DNA of 64,000 nt from Girardia tigrina (taxonomy: Eukaryota), in the NCBI GenBank assembly GCA_001938485.1, contig MQRK01238503.1, positions 1-64,000 on the forward strand, written 5' to 3'. Below are positions 1 through 12,445 of the stretch, piece after piece. The notes beneath the pieces were generated by a model. It was given only the letters and a program-made list of their open reading frames with translations, did not search any database and was not told where the DNA came from. The number at the start of each line of letters is the position of its first letter. The stretch's first letter is position 1. The translations under genes were made by a program, and so were the position numbers.

Positions 1-73
1 TAATTAGTTATTACGCAAGATGTTTGCATAATCATCAATTTGCTATATATAAGACAGCGAAATTGTTGTTTAT

Positions 74-116
74 TCAGCCTGAAGATGGTGGAAAATCCAC
101 CGAAATATATTGCAAT
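74..116 (+). ncRNA. Minimal hammerhead-ribozyme-like motif (Penelope terminal-repeat type)
   Basis: CTGAAGA (79-85), stem II GGTGG-AAAAT-CCACC, GAAA, short palindromic ATATAT stem III; stem I is weak. Confidence 0.55.
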
Positions 117-154
117 AATATTTTTATTTATATCGATTCTTATTTATAAAGGTT

Positions 155-447
155 TGTGGAAAAAGAAAAAACATTAATTTTATCAATTTAAAAATTAGTT
201 AAAGGTTATTTACTTTATTTAAATTTTTGATATTAAAATGTAAAACGATTTAATATTTTTTAAAGTTTTTAAATATCTAATACTGTAATTTAAAATGCAA
301 ATTATGCTCGAATAAAACTATTCATTATGAACATCCAAAATATCAATTTTCCATCTGGGTGGGAGAAACACATTTCCAAATACTAAACTCAACATACCAA
401 ATTTAGCATACCAATTTCAACATACCAAATTTAAAATATTCCTCACA
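155..447 (-). repeat. TGTGAGGAA-family terminal repeat (LTR-like), copy 1
   Basis: Reverse complement aligns along its length with 47375-47657; contains CCATCTGGGTGGGAGAAACACA and ends TTCCTCACA. Confidence 0.75.
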
Positions 448-1084
448 ATTATTATTGATAAAATAATCCGTTGATAAAAAGAAGTATTTTTAAAAAGCTC
501 AAGCTCATTGACCCACCCTGTATACTAATCTGCATAAAGGACATTTGAAGATAAACCTGCCCAGACGTTTTTTCACATAACATTTGCTCACATGGGCATT
601 GCTTACATTTTTATGCTTTTTTATTTAATCAAACTCAAATTTTGAAATAAAATAATGCAAGACCTTAAAATCCAGAACCTCAGAACAAAAAATATACAAT
701 TTTATCCAAAAATGAGCTGCCATATTTCGAAAATATTATAATAAAATTGGAAAACTTTCTTTTTAACGTAGAATTGCAGCTCTTCAATAAACCTTTTGCA
801 TATTTGTTACCACTTTAATTAAAAATATAAACTATTTTTTGTTTGTATTTTTTCTCTTCATTTGTTTTCATATTTTTTCGTTGATTTTTTTCTATTTTAT
901 TAAAAATAACTTTACGAAATACGTTTATTTATTGAATTAATTTATTAAAGTGTAGATTTTACAAAAATCTCTCCCAGTACAAAATTGAAAATATTGTGAT
1001 GGCACTAAGAAATATTGCTCCAAATTTATTGTTTGTTCTAAAATATTGTTGTTATTAGATACCGTTTTATATTTAAAATATGAT

Positions 1085-1190
1085 GTACACATGCGAGCAA
1101 ATAATTGTGAACAAATATCCGTGTTAGCGAATGTCCGTGTGAGCACATGTCCATGTGCGGGTATGTCATGTGAGGAAACGGCCTAGAACC
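1085..1190. repeat. MITE-like end with degenerate ~15-bp tandem subrepeats
   Basis: Repeated ATGTCCGTGTGAGCA-like units ending in GGCCTAGAACC. Confidence 0.4.
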
Positions 1191-2374
1191 GAAAATAATA
1201 ACATGATCTTTTTAGATAATCATATTTCGTGGACAAAAATATTATAAAATTATAATAGGGACCAAAATTAACTTTAAAACTCATAATTACTTTTAATGGT
1301 TTAATTTATTAATTTTTTAATTTAATAAATTATTAAAGAATATTTCTCTTTTGATTTTACGGAAACTTTTTACACTTGTAACATATATACTTTTTATATT
1401 TTTGTATTAATATTATTATATTTTTAAATAATGTTAAGACATATTTGTATTTATAAATCTTTTTAATGTAAATATCTTGTGATTTATTGTAATTTATTTC
1501 TTATAATTTTTCTACAAAACTATTTCTAATAAAATAAAAACTGTTATAAGCCAGACAGCGACAAATATTAATCTTTATAATCCCAAAGGATTATATAAAA
1601 TCGAAAAAAATAATTTACCTAATTATTTAATGAAGACTAAATAAATAAGATTCCTCAACAGAAATATTTCTTAATGAATTTTAAAATTAAAAATAAAATT
1701 CTGAATAAAAACATTATAAACAATGTATTTTTTACGTTTCTCAAGACATTTTTATTTTATATTTATATATTTTTTATTGTTTATTATGACCAATTATTTA
1801 TGTTTTGTCAAATATTTGTGTTGGAACTTAGGATGTCTTTCTTAGTTTTGTCTCAGTTTGAGAATTCTTGGGCGTTTTCTCTTCTTTCTGGTGAATGTTT
1901 ACCATCTTTTGTAAATCATAATCATTGTAATGATAAAATTTACAAAAACCTTAAAATGGGTGTGATAGGGGAAAACGAAAATAATAATAAAACAGTTGGT
2001 GAAAAGAAATAATTTCTCTAGATACAATTTAGAAACTTTATTTTATGGTTGTCCTAAAATAAACAATCTGAAAGTTATTCATGAAGTTGTTCACTGTTAG
2101 AAGTCAATATTGCACAATAAAATATATTTTAAAAAACTAACATACATACAGAGTTAGAGGATTTTTAGAAACTCTTAAATTTTGAATTAAAAAAAAGATT
2201 TTAAATTAATATTAAAATATAAAAGATAAAAAAAGATTTATGTAAAATAAGTAAAGACGATAAAAAATGTTTTAGATAAAATTTAAAGTAATGAAAGTTT
2301 TAAATTAAATAAATTTAAAAAAAACGAATTAAATTTAAACTTAAAATTAAAACGCCAATTTAAATTGTTTATTA

Positions 2375-2790
2375 ATTTATGACAGATTAACCGTCATCTT
2401 CAGAACAACTGATTTTTAAAAAAAACATTTACTTATATACTGTCGGTAATGAGTATGCAATCAATACGTCGTCAATTAATCACTTAAAAACCCTCAATAA
2501 AGTTGTCGAGAAAAGGATTTTGAACTTTAATTTTATTATCCAAAGAACTTATATAGCGCTTCATACGACACTCTCTCCCAATAATTCTTAAATTGAGTGC
2601 ACAGAATTTTAAAATAATGATGTTTAAGTCCCTTTTATAATGTTTATTATGTCCAGCAATATTACTTCCAATTTTCTTACGACTGTGTTCCTGGATTATC
2701 TTACAGAGATGATACGAAGTCTCACCAATTTATGTGGTTTTACACCCATGACAAGTATATTGGTAAATGAGATCCGTTAGGATTGTGCAT
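2375..2790 (-). mobile_element. Penelope-like element 3' remnant (GIY-YIG endonuclease) with degenerate hammerhead
   Basis: Minus-strand translation LIYQYTCHGCKTT*IGETSYHLCKIIQEH; downstream CTGAAGA-GACGG/CTGTC stem near 2400. Confidence 0.7.
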
Positions 2791-3799
2791 GAAATTTCAA
2801 TTGGCCTTTGAATTTTAATTTCAATGATTTGCCATTTTTTTAAAAATCCATGGATCCAAGACAAACATGAGAACATCTACAATTTATGATCTATCTATCT
2901 CGATACACAAACTTTGAAGAGTTCATAAGAAATATAAAATACCGCAACTTTGCATCAAGCTACGTATGTATTCAGGGCAATGGTTCAGTTCCCACTGTCG
3001 ATCTTGTCACTAGTGACTAGGTTGACTGCATCATTCATCGTTCCTCTCCCAATCGTTTATTCAGTCTGGAGATTTATTTTGACCCCACCCCTTCCAGTTG
3101 TCCTGTCTAAAATTAAATCATTTATATTGTTAAGATACTCCTCCTCTAATAAGGTTGTGTTTATATTTTCTCCCAGTGTTTATTTTTTCAAAGAAACGTT
3201 TACATTTAGTTTGGTGATCTCTACATAATCTCTTTTTTAAACAGATCGAGGTTTGAGTATTTCCAATGTCGTATTAACCATGTTGGTTATGCTATTTTAT
3301 GATTGAATCACTACTAATTGGACAGAACATGTAACAATATCTGGCCTGGATGAATTATCCCGGTTGGTTTAGATAGTAAACTTCAAATTTGGTAAAAACT
3401 GGAACTTTTATTAGATTTATTTTTGTCTTTGATCCAAATTTTAAAACTATTGATCGGAAATTCATGAAGAATATTTTAAAAACGGTCAAGAAAAGAAACT
3501 AGATGACTCCTTGTCTAACAATGTATGGTCAATTTGAATCACACCTTTCATTCTAACTTCTGGGTGAATATACTAATAAAATTTGAGTAGTAAATATGAG
3601 TACAAGAATGTCCAGAACATTTTCCTCAATCGATTCTGCTAAAAGATGTTTCTTACAACAGAAATGGATGGTTTTATTTTCTCAAGTACCTCGAGTAAAT
3701 CTTTAGAGTATAATATCTTCAAACGACTCATCGCATTTATGTCATTTATAATATTTTTGTGTTTAATAATTAATTTAAATCATATATTTTTAATAGTTT

Positions 3800-4308
3800 T
3801 GTAAGTAACGTTTATGCCCCTTTCATAATTATCAAATTTAGAACTCATAATTTAACACCGCAATCTTTATTAATATCAACAATTAACATATTTAAACAAA
3901 TTTCTTGTTAATTCCAATTTTTCGCCAAAATTAATCTATTAAATGATTTTTCGATTAAATTTTGAAAATTTGCTCAATTTTAAACTTTAAAATAATTGTT
4001 ACATTTTTTACGATACTTTATCATAAAAACTAATTAATTTAAATTTACTATAAACCTTTTATTAAAATAAATTATTTCTTAAAATATTAATCCGTTAATT
4101 ATCTATTTTAAAATTTATTTAAACTTATTTCATAACTTTTATTAAAATATATCAATTGTTATGACTGCACGCATATTTTAAAAAAGTATTTATTTTTTAT
4201 GATATTTTTACTTTACATTTTAATTTTTTAATTTACTTTTTTTATATTTTCAAATAAAAATATAATAAACTATTTTTGCGAAATGTAAAGTTAACCTAAC
4301 CCCTCATA
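3800..4308 (-). mobile_element. Solo LTR of a Ty3/Gypsy element (TA...CA termini)
   Basis: 5-bp TSD AGTTT at 3795-3799 and 4309-4313; homologous to the LTR at 11017-11746 that follows an integrase end and PPT. Confidence 0.85.
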
Positions 4309-4849
4309 AGTTTAATATTAAAAGAAATGAATTCTTAAAAATTATATATCCTAAAATATTTCTTATTAAAAATAAATAATTCAAATTTTAATACAAAAAT
4401 AAATATTGGTTTTTAATTTTGTTAATAATATAATTTTATTAAAATTTCATTAAACAACTCTCAAAGAAAACTCAAAATTTTGTAAGAAAGTTTGTAAGAA
4501 ATATTTTTTCCATTACATAAAATATAACTGCTGATATGTAAAATTTTATTGATTTATGTGAATAATCTCATAATTAAATAATTAAATAAATCATAAATCA
4601 GACAGGAAAGTAGTGCCAGAATTTTAACGACATCGACTTTTTAACGAGATAAATTTTGAAAAACAGAATTATTTTTTTGTTCTATTTTACAAAATACTAA
4701 TATTACTTTTAGAAAAAGAAGAGTAAATGAAATTCTTCAACGGAAAGAAAATTAAAGCACATTAGAGAAAAGAATATTATAAAAATTAAACTATTAAAAT
4801 AAAAAAAATTATTTAATAATTTTACTCTCTTTATATCATAATGTTTTTA

Positions 4850-5290
4850 AAAGGGACTTCTTTACTTGAGAGCAGATCATTTTTCTTATGACATGCTTCC
4901 TATATTTGCTTCTCCTAGATTTGTTCCTCCTTAAGTTTTTAAACGGAGGAGAAACGTTGGTAAAGATTTTTGACATCATTTTAAATTGAGATTTTGTCTG
5001 TTGTCAATTCTTTCAATTTATTTCCTTCGTTATCATAGGAGCTCTAACGAGCTTTCTGGCCTTCATTCCAGTTTTCTTGAATTCTTTTTTGAGTCTTTCT
5101 GGTGCTTGAATTTTCTTTTAATACTTCTAAGGATCTTTCTTCGGATAACAGAAATATTGGCTTTTCTTGGACGATCTATTTTGTTTGATCCTCGTTAGTT
5201 CCGGTCTCTTAGAAACTCTAAACAGCTTTGGGAATAGTTTGTCTCTTTCCTTATAACATTATACACCTCCAGAGAAATCACAGCGGTCAC
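4850..5290 (-). mobile_element. Decayed Tc1-like transposase N-terminal remnant
   Basis: Minus-strand KTGMKARKLVRAPMITK resembles the Tc1 HTH/linker region; many stops. Confidence 0.4.
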
Positions 5291-5462
5291 TATTCAACCA
5301 GTCAGATTGCAGTATTGACGAATCTTTGAAAAACTAATTATTTCAAATTTTTGATAAAAACAGAATAGACAAAAAGTGGTTGTAGCAAAGCAAATGCGAA
5401 TGAAACTTTATTGTATTAACAACATCAATATGATTTTTCGAACATTTAGGAATATCACTAAT

Positions 5463-6400
5463 TGGACAGGAAACCGTGTCTCCACGATTTTTTAGGAAGA
5501 GAGGTGGACAGAGAACGGTAATAAGCGCCTTTCATTTTATGAATTTCCTCTAGCGTCTCATCATCAATCTCCAAAGTCGTCACTGTTTCCTCTACATCAC
5601 TCAAAGTCATATTTAAATGTGAATCAAAAGCATTTAATTTGCCTCGTAATTCTCTATCGTTTTTTATTTTACGTAAATTCGCTCATTTAAGCTCAATCGA
5701 ATCAGATCGAGTGGTTCATCGATTACGGAAATGTCAGAATTTAAAACGTTGCCAGAAATCGGATCCATTTAAATTTCGTTTATCAATTTATATTCTTTAT
5801 TCAAAACTCAAAAAAAAGAACGATTTGCCACTGAAAAATTCAAAACACTTTTATTTTTTAACGACACCTTTTTTGTAACTTTTTTAATAATTGTGATTGC
5901 AAATCACAATTAAAATTAGCACACACACTTTAACACACACATTCACCAATCATTTTAACATACACACACTATACATATCACATATAACTTACCACACGAC
6001 ACACGCAATCATACATAAAGAAAGAAATTACCAGTGATTCATTGGTATGGAAAAATTCATTGTGCTAAGAAATGAGGATCACCATTTAATTAACTCACAT
6101 TACATAATCAATAGAGACATTATTTCACAAATTCCATTATCATTATTGATTTGTTTTAATTTCAAGTATTTCAAACCGATTTATTTATTTTATTAGTTTA
6201 TTTAATTTTGCTTACGTTATTTGAAAATTAATTCCCTTTTTGCATGGTTAATTATGCTAGTGAATATAATTTAATAACATTTTTTTTATTTAACGTTTTG
6301 TCTTTCCTATTTTCACTTTATTTTTATTTAATCCATTATATTTTTTTATTTATAAATTTCTGGCAAAAATGTTCGGTCAAATTGGCAATTATCCGCTCCA
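5463..6400 (-). mobile_element. Cargo-carrying TGGA...TCCA element, copy A (938 bp)
   Basis: TSD CTAAT at 5458-5462 and 6401-6405; first 40 nt are 36/40 and last 35 nt are 32/35 identical to the ends of 52254-53348; shared CA-rich arm. Confidence 0.9.
5536..5768 (-). pseudogene. LSM3: Intronless, 3'-truncated LSm3 (U6 snRNP Sm-like protein) fragment inside element copy A
   Basis: [34 protein letters not shown] / [44 protein letters not shown]; one A missing in a homopolymer near 5667-5670; Sm2 C-terminus absent; missed by the ORF track. Confidence 0.92.
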
Positions 6401-6797
6401 CTAATAGAATTGTCATTGCAACAATTATTCAAACTACTCTCACGATTCGACATTTTTCTTGATTAATATATTTCTGACATACTAATTCTTTTGAAAACAA
6501 ATGAAAATATTATTATAATATTAATTAATTATCAAAATCTTATTGGTTAAAATTAGATCTATATATTTTTTCAATTCCATTAAAATTTTATATTACAATA
6601 AAATAGTAAATATTATATTAAAAAATTACATTTGAAAAATATTTTAAAAATTTTTACTTTAAATTTAAATTAAATTATATTCAATTAGTAATAGTCAAAA
6701 AAATACCAATCAATCATCTGGGTAGGAGAGACACAATCCGAATGAACATGCAACATGCAAAATATAAAACAACAAACAATTCAGAACATTCCTCACA
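6401..6797 (-). repeat. TGTGAGGAA-family repeat, copy 2 (continues left of 5463, interrupted by copy A)
   Basis: CATCTGGGTAGGAGAGACACA...TTCCTCACA end; the short MSN-type ORF starting at 6453 resumes in frame on the far side of the insert. Confidence 0.75.
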
Positions 6798-9140
6798 TAT
6801 TTAAAATAATATTTCAAAATCATTTTTCGAAAAATATGATAAGATGATCAGATAACTAATTATATTGTAAATACAAAAACTTGTAAATCATAAAAAAATT
6901 ATATCCATTCTTTTTTCTGGCAGAACCCTATTTGTTATCTTTTGTAGAAGGGCAAATTACTATAACATTTATTAATATTAATTATTACTTTTTTATTTTT
7001 CTGTGTAATATAAACTACTTATAATTTTTAAGTGATCATTTTTTACTAATATTTTTCAGGAACATCGAATTTTTCGTTTTTTTCAATTTTGGGACCCTAA
7101 AAAGTTTTTTTGATCAAATTTTCACATTATCCTTTATTGCAATCGAAAATGAGTAAGTGTGTAAAGTTTGAAGAAAATTTGAGTAAAAAGCCTTCAAAAA
7201 TAGGTATCTAAATTCCATGGATACAAAAATTTGTTTCAGTTTATAAAGAATAAAAAATTACTTTTCTAAATAACAGATTTAAGTTTGAAAAGGAAAGAAT
7301 TTATATATTTTGTCTTCTTATATTGATAGAACGAGGAATTTTGTGTATCAGACGACTTTGTAATCAAAATTTTTGTGTTTGTCTGAATCATCTATCGCAC
7401 ACAGAAATATAAAGTAGCAAGCGTTGGACTAAATAACATGACTAAACAACACAGGAAGCTCATAAAAATCTAGCTTATCTATCTCTCTCGAATGGTGTAC
7501 CTATTTCTTTGACAAAAACCCTGGTATTTTCGCTTCTAATAAAAAAACTGAGTTGTTTAAATAAATTAAAATTAAAATTATTAAACGTGGGAAATTCAAA
7601 TGTGGTGAAAATGTCGATGAAAATAAATTCTTCCGATTTCTTACTTTTTTAATTTTTATAAATTGTAATCGAATGAAATCGAGCGGACCAGAGCTACCAC
7701 CGCATTGTTCAGCAAATGGGCATTCGGACAACCCACTTGGACGCGTCGAGTGGACCACCGACCAATGCGACGCCGCCGACAGGACCTACACATTTTGGCG
7801 AGCCGCTGTGGGTCGTTTGCGGCGCCGACGCGCGCCTGCGTATTGACCGTTGGTCACTGGAACCGACCGATCATGTCCGCCAGTGACAATTTCCCGCACA
7901 ATTAAGAGGTGCTGGTTGCCGCCACTCGGTTCGGCAGTCAGTACCAAAAATAAAAACGAGTAAAGTAAATACAAAATAACACAATTATTTGAAATTTAGT
8001 TTCAAAAAGGTTAATTTATAGTTGGTTTAAAAAAACCTTTCAAAATAAAATTTTAAGCGGTAAAGATTAAAGGAAATAACAAAATATATTTAAAAAGAAA
8101 AAATTTCAGTTAATTAAAATCATTTTTCAAAGTAGAAAATCAAATAATAATTTTTAAATTGTTTATGGTTTTGATTTCGATTAAATTCAAAATGGAAAAA
8201 ATAATTATCGTTTAATTCTTTTTCTCTATGTTTTTCAGATACACATAGACTGTAATGAAAAACGGATGAGACCCAGTGATTAATTTATGGGAGATTGGGT
8301 ATCCATGATATAAACGTGCGATTAATTAAGTCTAATGTACCTTGACAAATGAATCTAGTCTGCCATCCACTTAAGCGTATGGTCTAACAATTGCTGATTC
8401 TTTCCTCCAACCGAAGATGACACGCACTAACTCATTATTTCAAAGAAATTCCATTGAGAAAATTTTATACAATTATTTCTCGGAAAACTCTAAATTAACA
8501 GAATTTGTACATAAGTTACGTGTTTTTGTTGCTCTTCAATATCAGAAATGAGAACACATAAATGACTGGCAAATGATTGACTGAAATCGTTTTTTTTTCT
8601 GTATTCAAAAATATTTTAAATTTTTATTTAATTGGATAATTTGATTTGATTTTGTAAATTAATTACATATACTTTAATTTACGAATTATTATTTTTGGGG
8701 TTTCTTTTAAAATATTATAATAAAAATATTATAATTAATAAATAATAAAATACATTAATTTTTTGAAAACACAAAACATGCTTTTCATAATTTATGGTTA
8801 TTAATTTCGATGGATCGACCGTTATCATCAGACTAAAGTTTACATTAACATTTCTTTGGTTTATAAACCAATCGCATTTATAAACCTAAGAAATGTGTAT
8901 GTGATCATTATGTATTTTTTATCAATAAAATACTTTTTAAAAAGTTGAAGACGATGCTGTTTGCAAATTGATTTTATAATCAAAATAGAAAAAGACCAGT
9001 CATGTATGACGGAAGAGCTGAATTTTCTTCTTTGAAAGTTTATGTTTTAATTTTAAAATCATAATTATGATTTCTATTTAAATTCTAAAATATTTGAATT
9101 TGTGTTTCACTCACAATTTTGAATAATTCATATAAATCAT

Positions 9141-9340
9141 TAGGGTGAACCAAAAGTTCTTTCGAATATTTTATGTCATTCTAAAATAAATATATTTCAT
9201 ATGCATGTGTTTGATATTATTTTAAAAGTCTGCAATCATTCTATTATATTATTCATATATAATGCAGTTCCACAGACACTGTATATTTTTGGCTTGTAAT
9301 TTCATATCAATGGAGTTATTATGCATTGATTAAAAAATTA
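9141..9340 (+). mobile_element. mariner left-end remnant
   Basis: TAGGGTGAACCAAAAGT matches the reverse complement of the TIR at ~37484-37502. Confidence 0.5.
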
Positions 9341-9415
9341 AAAAATTAAGCCATGCAAAAGCAAAAAAAATTTGAACACAGCAAACTTTGAGCGTTACGC
9401 AGATGAAACTCTGGG

Positions 9416-9454
<39 letters not shown>

Positions 9455-10789
9455 GATATATATATATATACGATTAAAATTTATGTTTTTGAAATGTATT
9501 CATTATCAAAAAATCGAATACCTGTACACATATTATGTGTAAATAAATGTTTAATTTTTGTATAATAATAAATTAAAAAAGCGATTTTTTTCAAATTTTT
9601 ATTCGGAAACATGCTACGCCACTTTAGTGGCATAAAAAGTTCTATTTAGTTTTAAAACTACTGAAAACCATTTTTCAAAAGCTCTTTTAAAATCCTTTGC
9701 TTCTGTTCCGCCCGATCCTCAGGTCGCCCCGAGAATCGGACGGAGATAGCAGGATTGCACAGGGAAATTCTGTGGATGAATTGCTGGACCCATTTATTGA
9801 GAAGTGAATGAAAAATAACACCGATCCTGTTTTCATTTGTCGAATTCGATTTGTCGTTAAATCTTTCGAATCTTTCACAGAATATTTTAACCATTTCAGT
9901 ATCGATTTTCGAATTGATTGATTCACATTTCGCTTTGTAAAAATTATTCTTATTAGAATAATTTTCTCTAAAAGCATTTTACTTTCTATTTAAATCATTG
10001 TAAGTTTCATCCAACACCAACATTTACTGATCATACAGAAACACTGTGCCGTTTATTTGATTATTTATTCTCATTGAACATATTTCACTATTAATATTTC
10101 GATTGTTTATCCCCATTTTATTTATTCGCGAATAATTTGTCGTCAAGCGAAAATCAGAATCCATAGAAACGATTAGAATTAATTATTCAAATTGAGTTAC
10201 GATTTAAAATTAAATTTAATAAATTCGATCGATCAATATCAAATTTATCGTCAATTCCGTACTAGAAGTGCTCAACATATTTAATCAAGTAGAAAAATCT
10301 CTATTTTAGATCATATTAAGAGATGTCATGGAACTCACAGGAGAGTAAAGGAGAGTGATTTTCGGGTTTTGATTGGTAACTTTGACTTTAACTATGAAAG
10401 GATAATTATAACATGCAAAGTGATTCTTTCATTCTTATTAGAGTATTCTGATGTAAGACATGGTGACGTAATGGTCTTCCGACTATTTACTTTATCACAG
10501 AACTGAGGATACCATAAAAGAGACGAAATATGTTTTAAAATTAAAATTTAAAATTAAAATTGCTTTATTATTTTCTATTTTTAAGTGCCTTTTGATAAAT
10601 TAAAATTTTTATAAATAATATAATTTTCAAAATATTTCTAAAATTTTCTTAAATGGATCATATTTGATGAAAGTTTCTTTTTTATATTTCCGAAATTTTA
10701 AGAATAATAACCAAACAATATTGGTTAAAATGTAAGGTGTTAGAAAATAATTATACCAAAAACATGTTTTCAAAAAACTATCATAAAAA

Positions 10790-11746
10790 GATGCATTAAT
10801 ATAATGACCGGATAATATAATACAATTAGAAGAAATTTCGAAACAGAAGATGAAGTACTAGTCAAGGTGGAAACGGGGATAAAGTAAAGATAAATATGAA
10901 GGACCGTATAAAGTCATAGAGAAAACACATGACAGAAGATATAAACTAATAAATGAAGATGGAAGAATTTTAGATCGAAACTTGCAAAATTTGAGAAAAT
11001 TCTTAAAGAAAGGGGATATGAGGGTTAGTTTAAATTTGCATTTCGCAAAAATAGTTTATTATTTTTTAATTTGCAAATTTAAAAAAAGAAAATTAAACTG
11101 TAAAGTAAAGATATCACAAAAAATAAATACTTATTTAAAATATGCTTGCAGTAATAACAATTGATATATTTTAATAAAAGTTATGAAATAAGTTTAAATA
11201 AATTTTAAAATAGATAACTAACGGATTGATATTTTAGGAAATAATTTTTTAATAAAAGGCTTATAGTAAATTTGAATTGATAAGTTTTATGATAAAATTT
11301 TGTAAAAATGTAAAAATTATTTTAAAATTTAAAATTTAGCAAATGTTCAAAATTTAATCGAAAAAATTTAATAGAATAATTTTGGGTGAGATAATTGAAT
11401 TAACAAGAAATTTGTTTAAATATGTGAATTGTTGATATTAATCCCAATGGGACCGAAACTATTTCCTTTAGAAAAAATGAATTTTTGATATTAATTCTGG
11501 TTTATTATATCTAATGGTTTATTATATCCAATATCTGTATCTGATGAGTTCAAACTCATGACTCATATATACAAAGATTATTGCACCTAATGCCGCCTGT
11601 TGCTGAGTCGTCAAATTGATGTAAAAAATATTTGAGCAGTGTTCTTTTAAAAGGACGGTGGCCCCATTCGGGTTAATAAAGATTGTGCAGTTAAATTATG
11701 AATTCTGAATTTGATAATAATGAAAGTGACATAAATGCTACTTACA
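10790..11746 (+). mobile_element. Ty3/Gypsy 3' end: integrase C-terminus, PPT and 3' LTR
   Basis: KYEGPYKVIEKTHDRRYKLINEDGRILDRN; PPT AAAGAAAGGGGA at 11005-11016; LTR 11017-11746 (TATGAGGG...ACTTACA). Confidence 0.85.
11442..11672. mobile_element. piggyBac-like MITE inserted in the LTR
   Basis: TTAA at 11438-11441 and 11673-11676; ends TCCCAATGGG / CCCATTCGGG; the homologous solo LTR has a single TTAA (empty site). Confidence 0.85.
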
Positions 11747-11952
11747 TCTTTTATTTATAACCAATCTGACATAGTGTTTATGAGGTAACTTGGAGCAATA
11801 TTTGAATGATGTAGAGTGGTGGTTGAATGATTTTTAAATTATATTCGAGATTGGTTGGTTTTTGAAGCATGATCTGTCTCCCTAGACAATTGAAGTCAAT
11901 TATTGAAGAATTTAAAAATGTCTACAAATTGTGTAATAAATTATTTGTTATT

Positions 11953-12445
11953 TGTGAGGAATGTTTTGAATTGTGTGTTGATATTGTGCATGTAGAATGT
12001 TGATTCGGATTGTGCCTCTCCTACACAGATGGATGATTGATATTTTCTTTGATTCTTACTAATTAAAAATAATTTAATTTAATTTTAAAGTAAAAAGATT
12101 TAAAATAATTTTTGAATGTATTATTTATTTTTTTAAAGTAATTTAATTTTAACCAATTAGATTCTTTATAATTTAATAATTTTTATTAACAGATTTTCAT
12201 TTATTGAAAATAATTAGTTTGAACTCAGAAAAAAATGATCAAGAGAGATGTCAAATAGTGAATGCGCTTGTAATATTAATAAATGTTGTAAACCTCATAT
12301 TGATGTTGTTAATATTATTGAACAATTAACAAAAAATACCATTGTTTTAATCATTGTAAATTTTAGGAAATGTTTTGTAAATTCAACAGAAGTCATGGCG
12401 CTGATTACCGATCATTTTACTGTCATTGAATGCTACTTGGGGTAA
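11953..12445 (+). repeat. TGTGAGGAA-family repeat, copy 3, with short ORF 12248-12445
   Basis: TGTGAGGAATGTTTT...CTCCTACACAGATGG; ORF begins MSNSECACNINKCCKPHIDVVN. Confidence 0.7.

Noticed and set aside
3314-3330. CTAAT-TGGACAG as a third copy of the cargo element
   Set aside because: Similarity stops after 7 nt and no matching right end was found
6393-6400. TGGAGCGG read as a tRNA primer-binding site
   Set aside because: It abuts the TSD in both copies, so it is the element terminus
9658-9977. Overlapping ORFs as a host gene
   Set aside because: No recognisable domain or supportable exon structure
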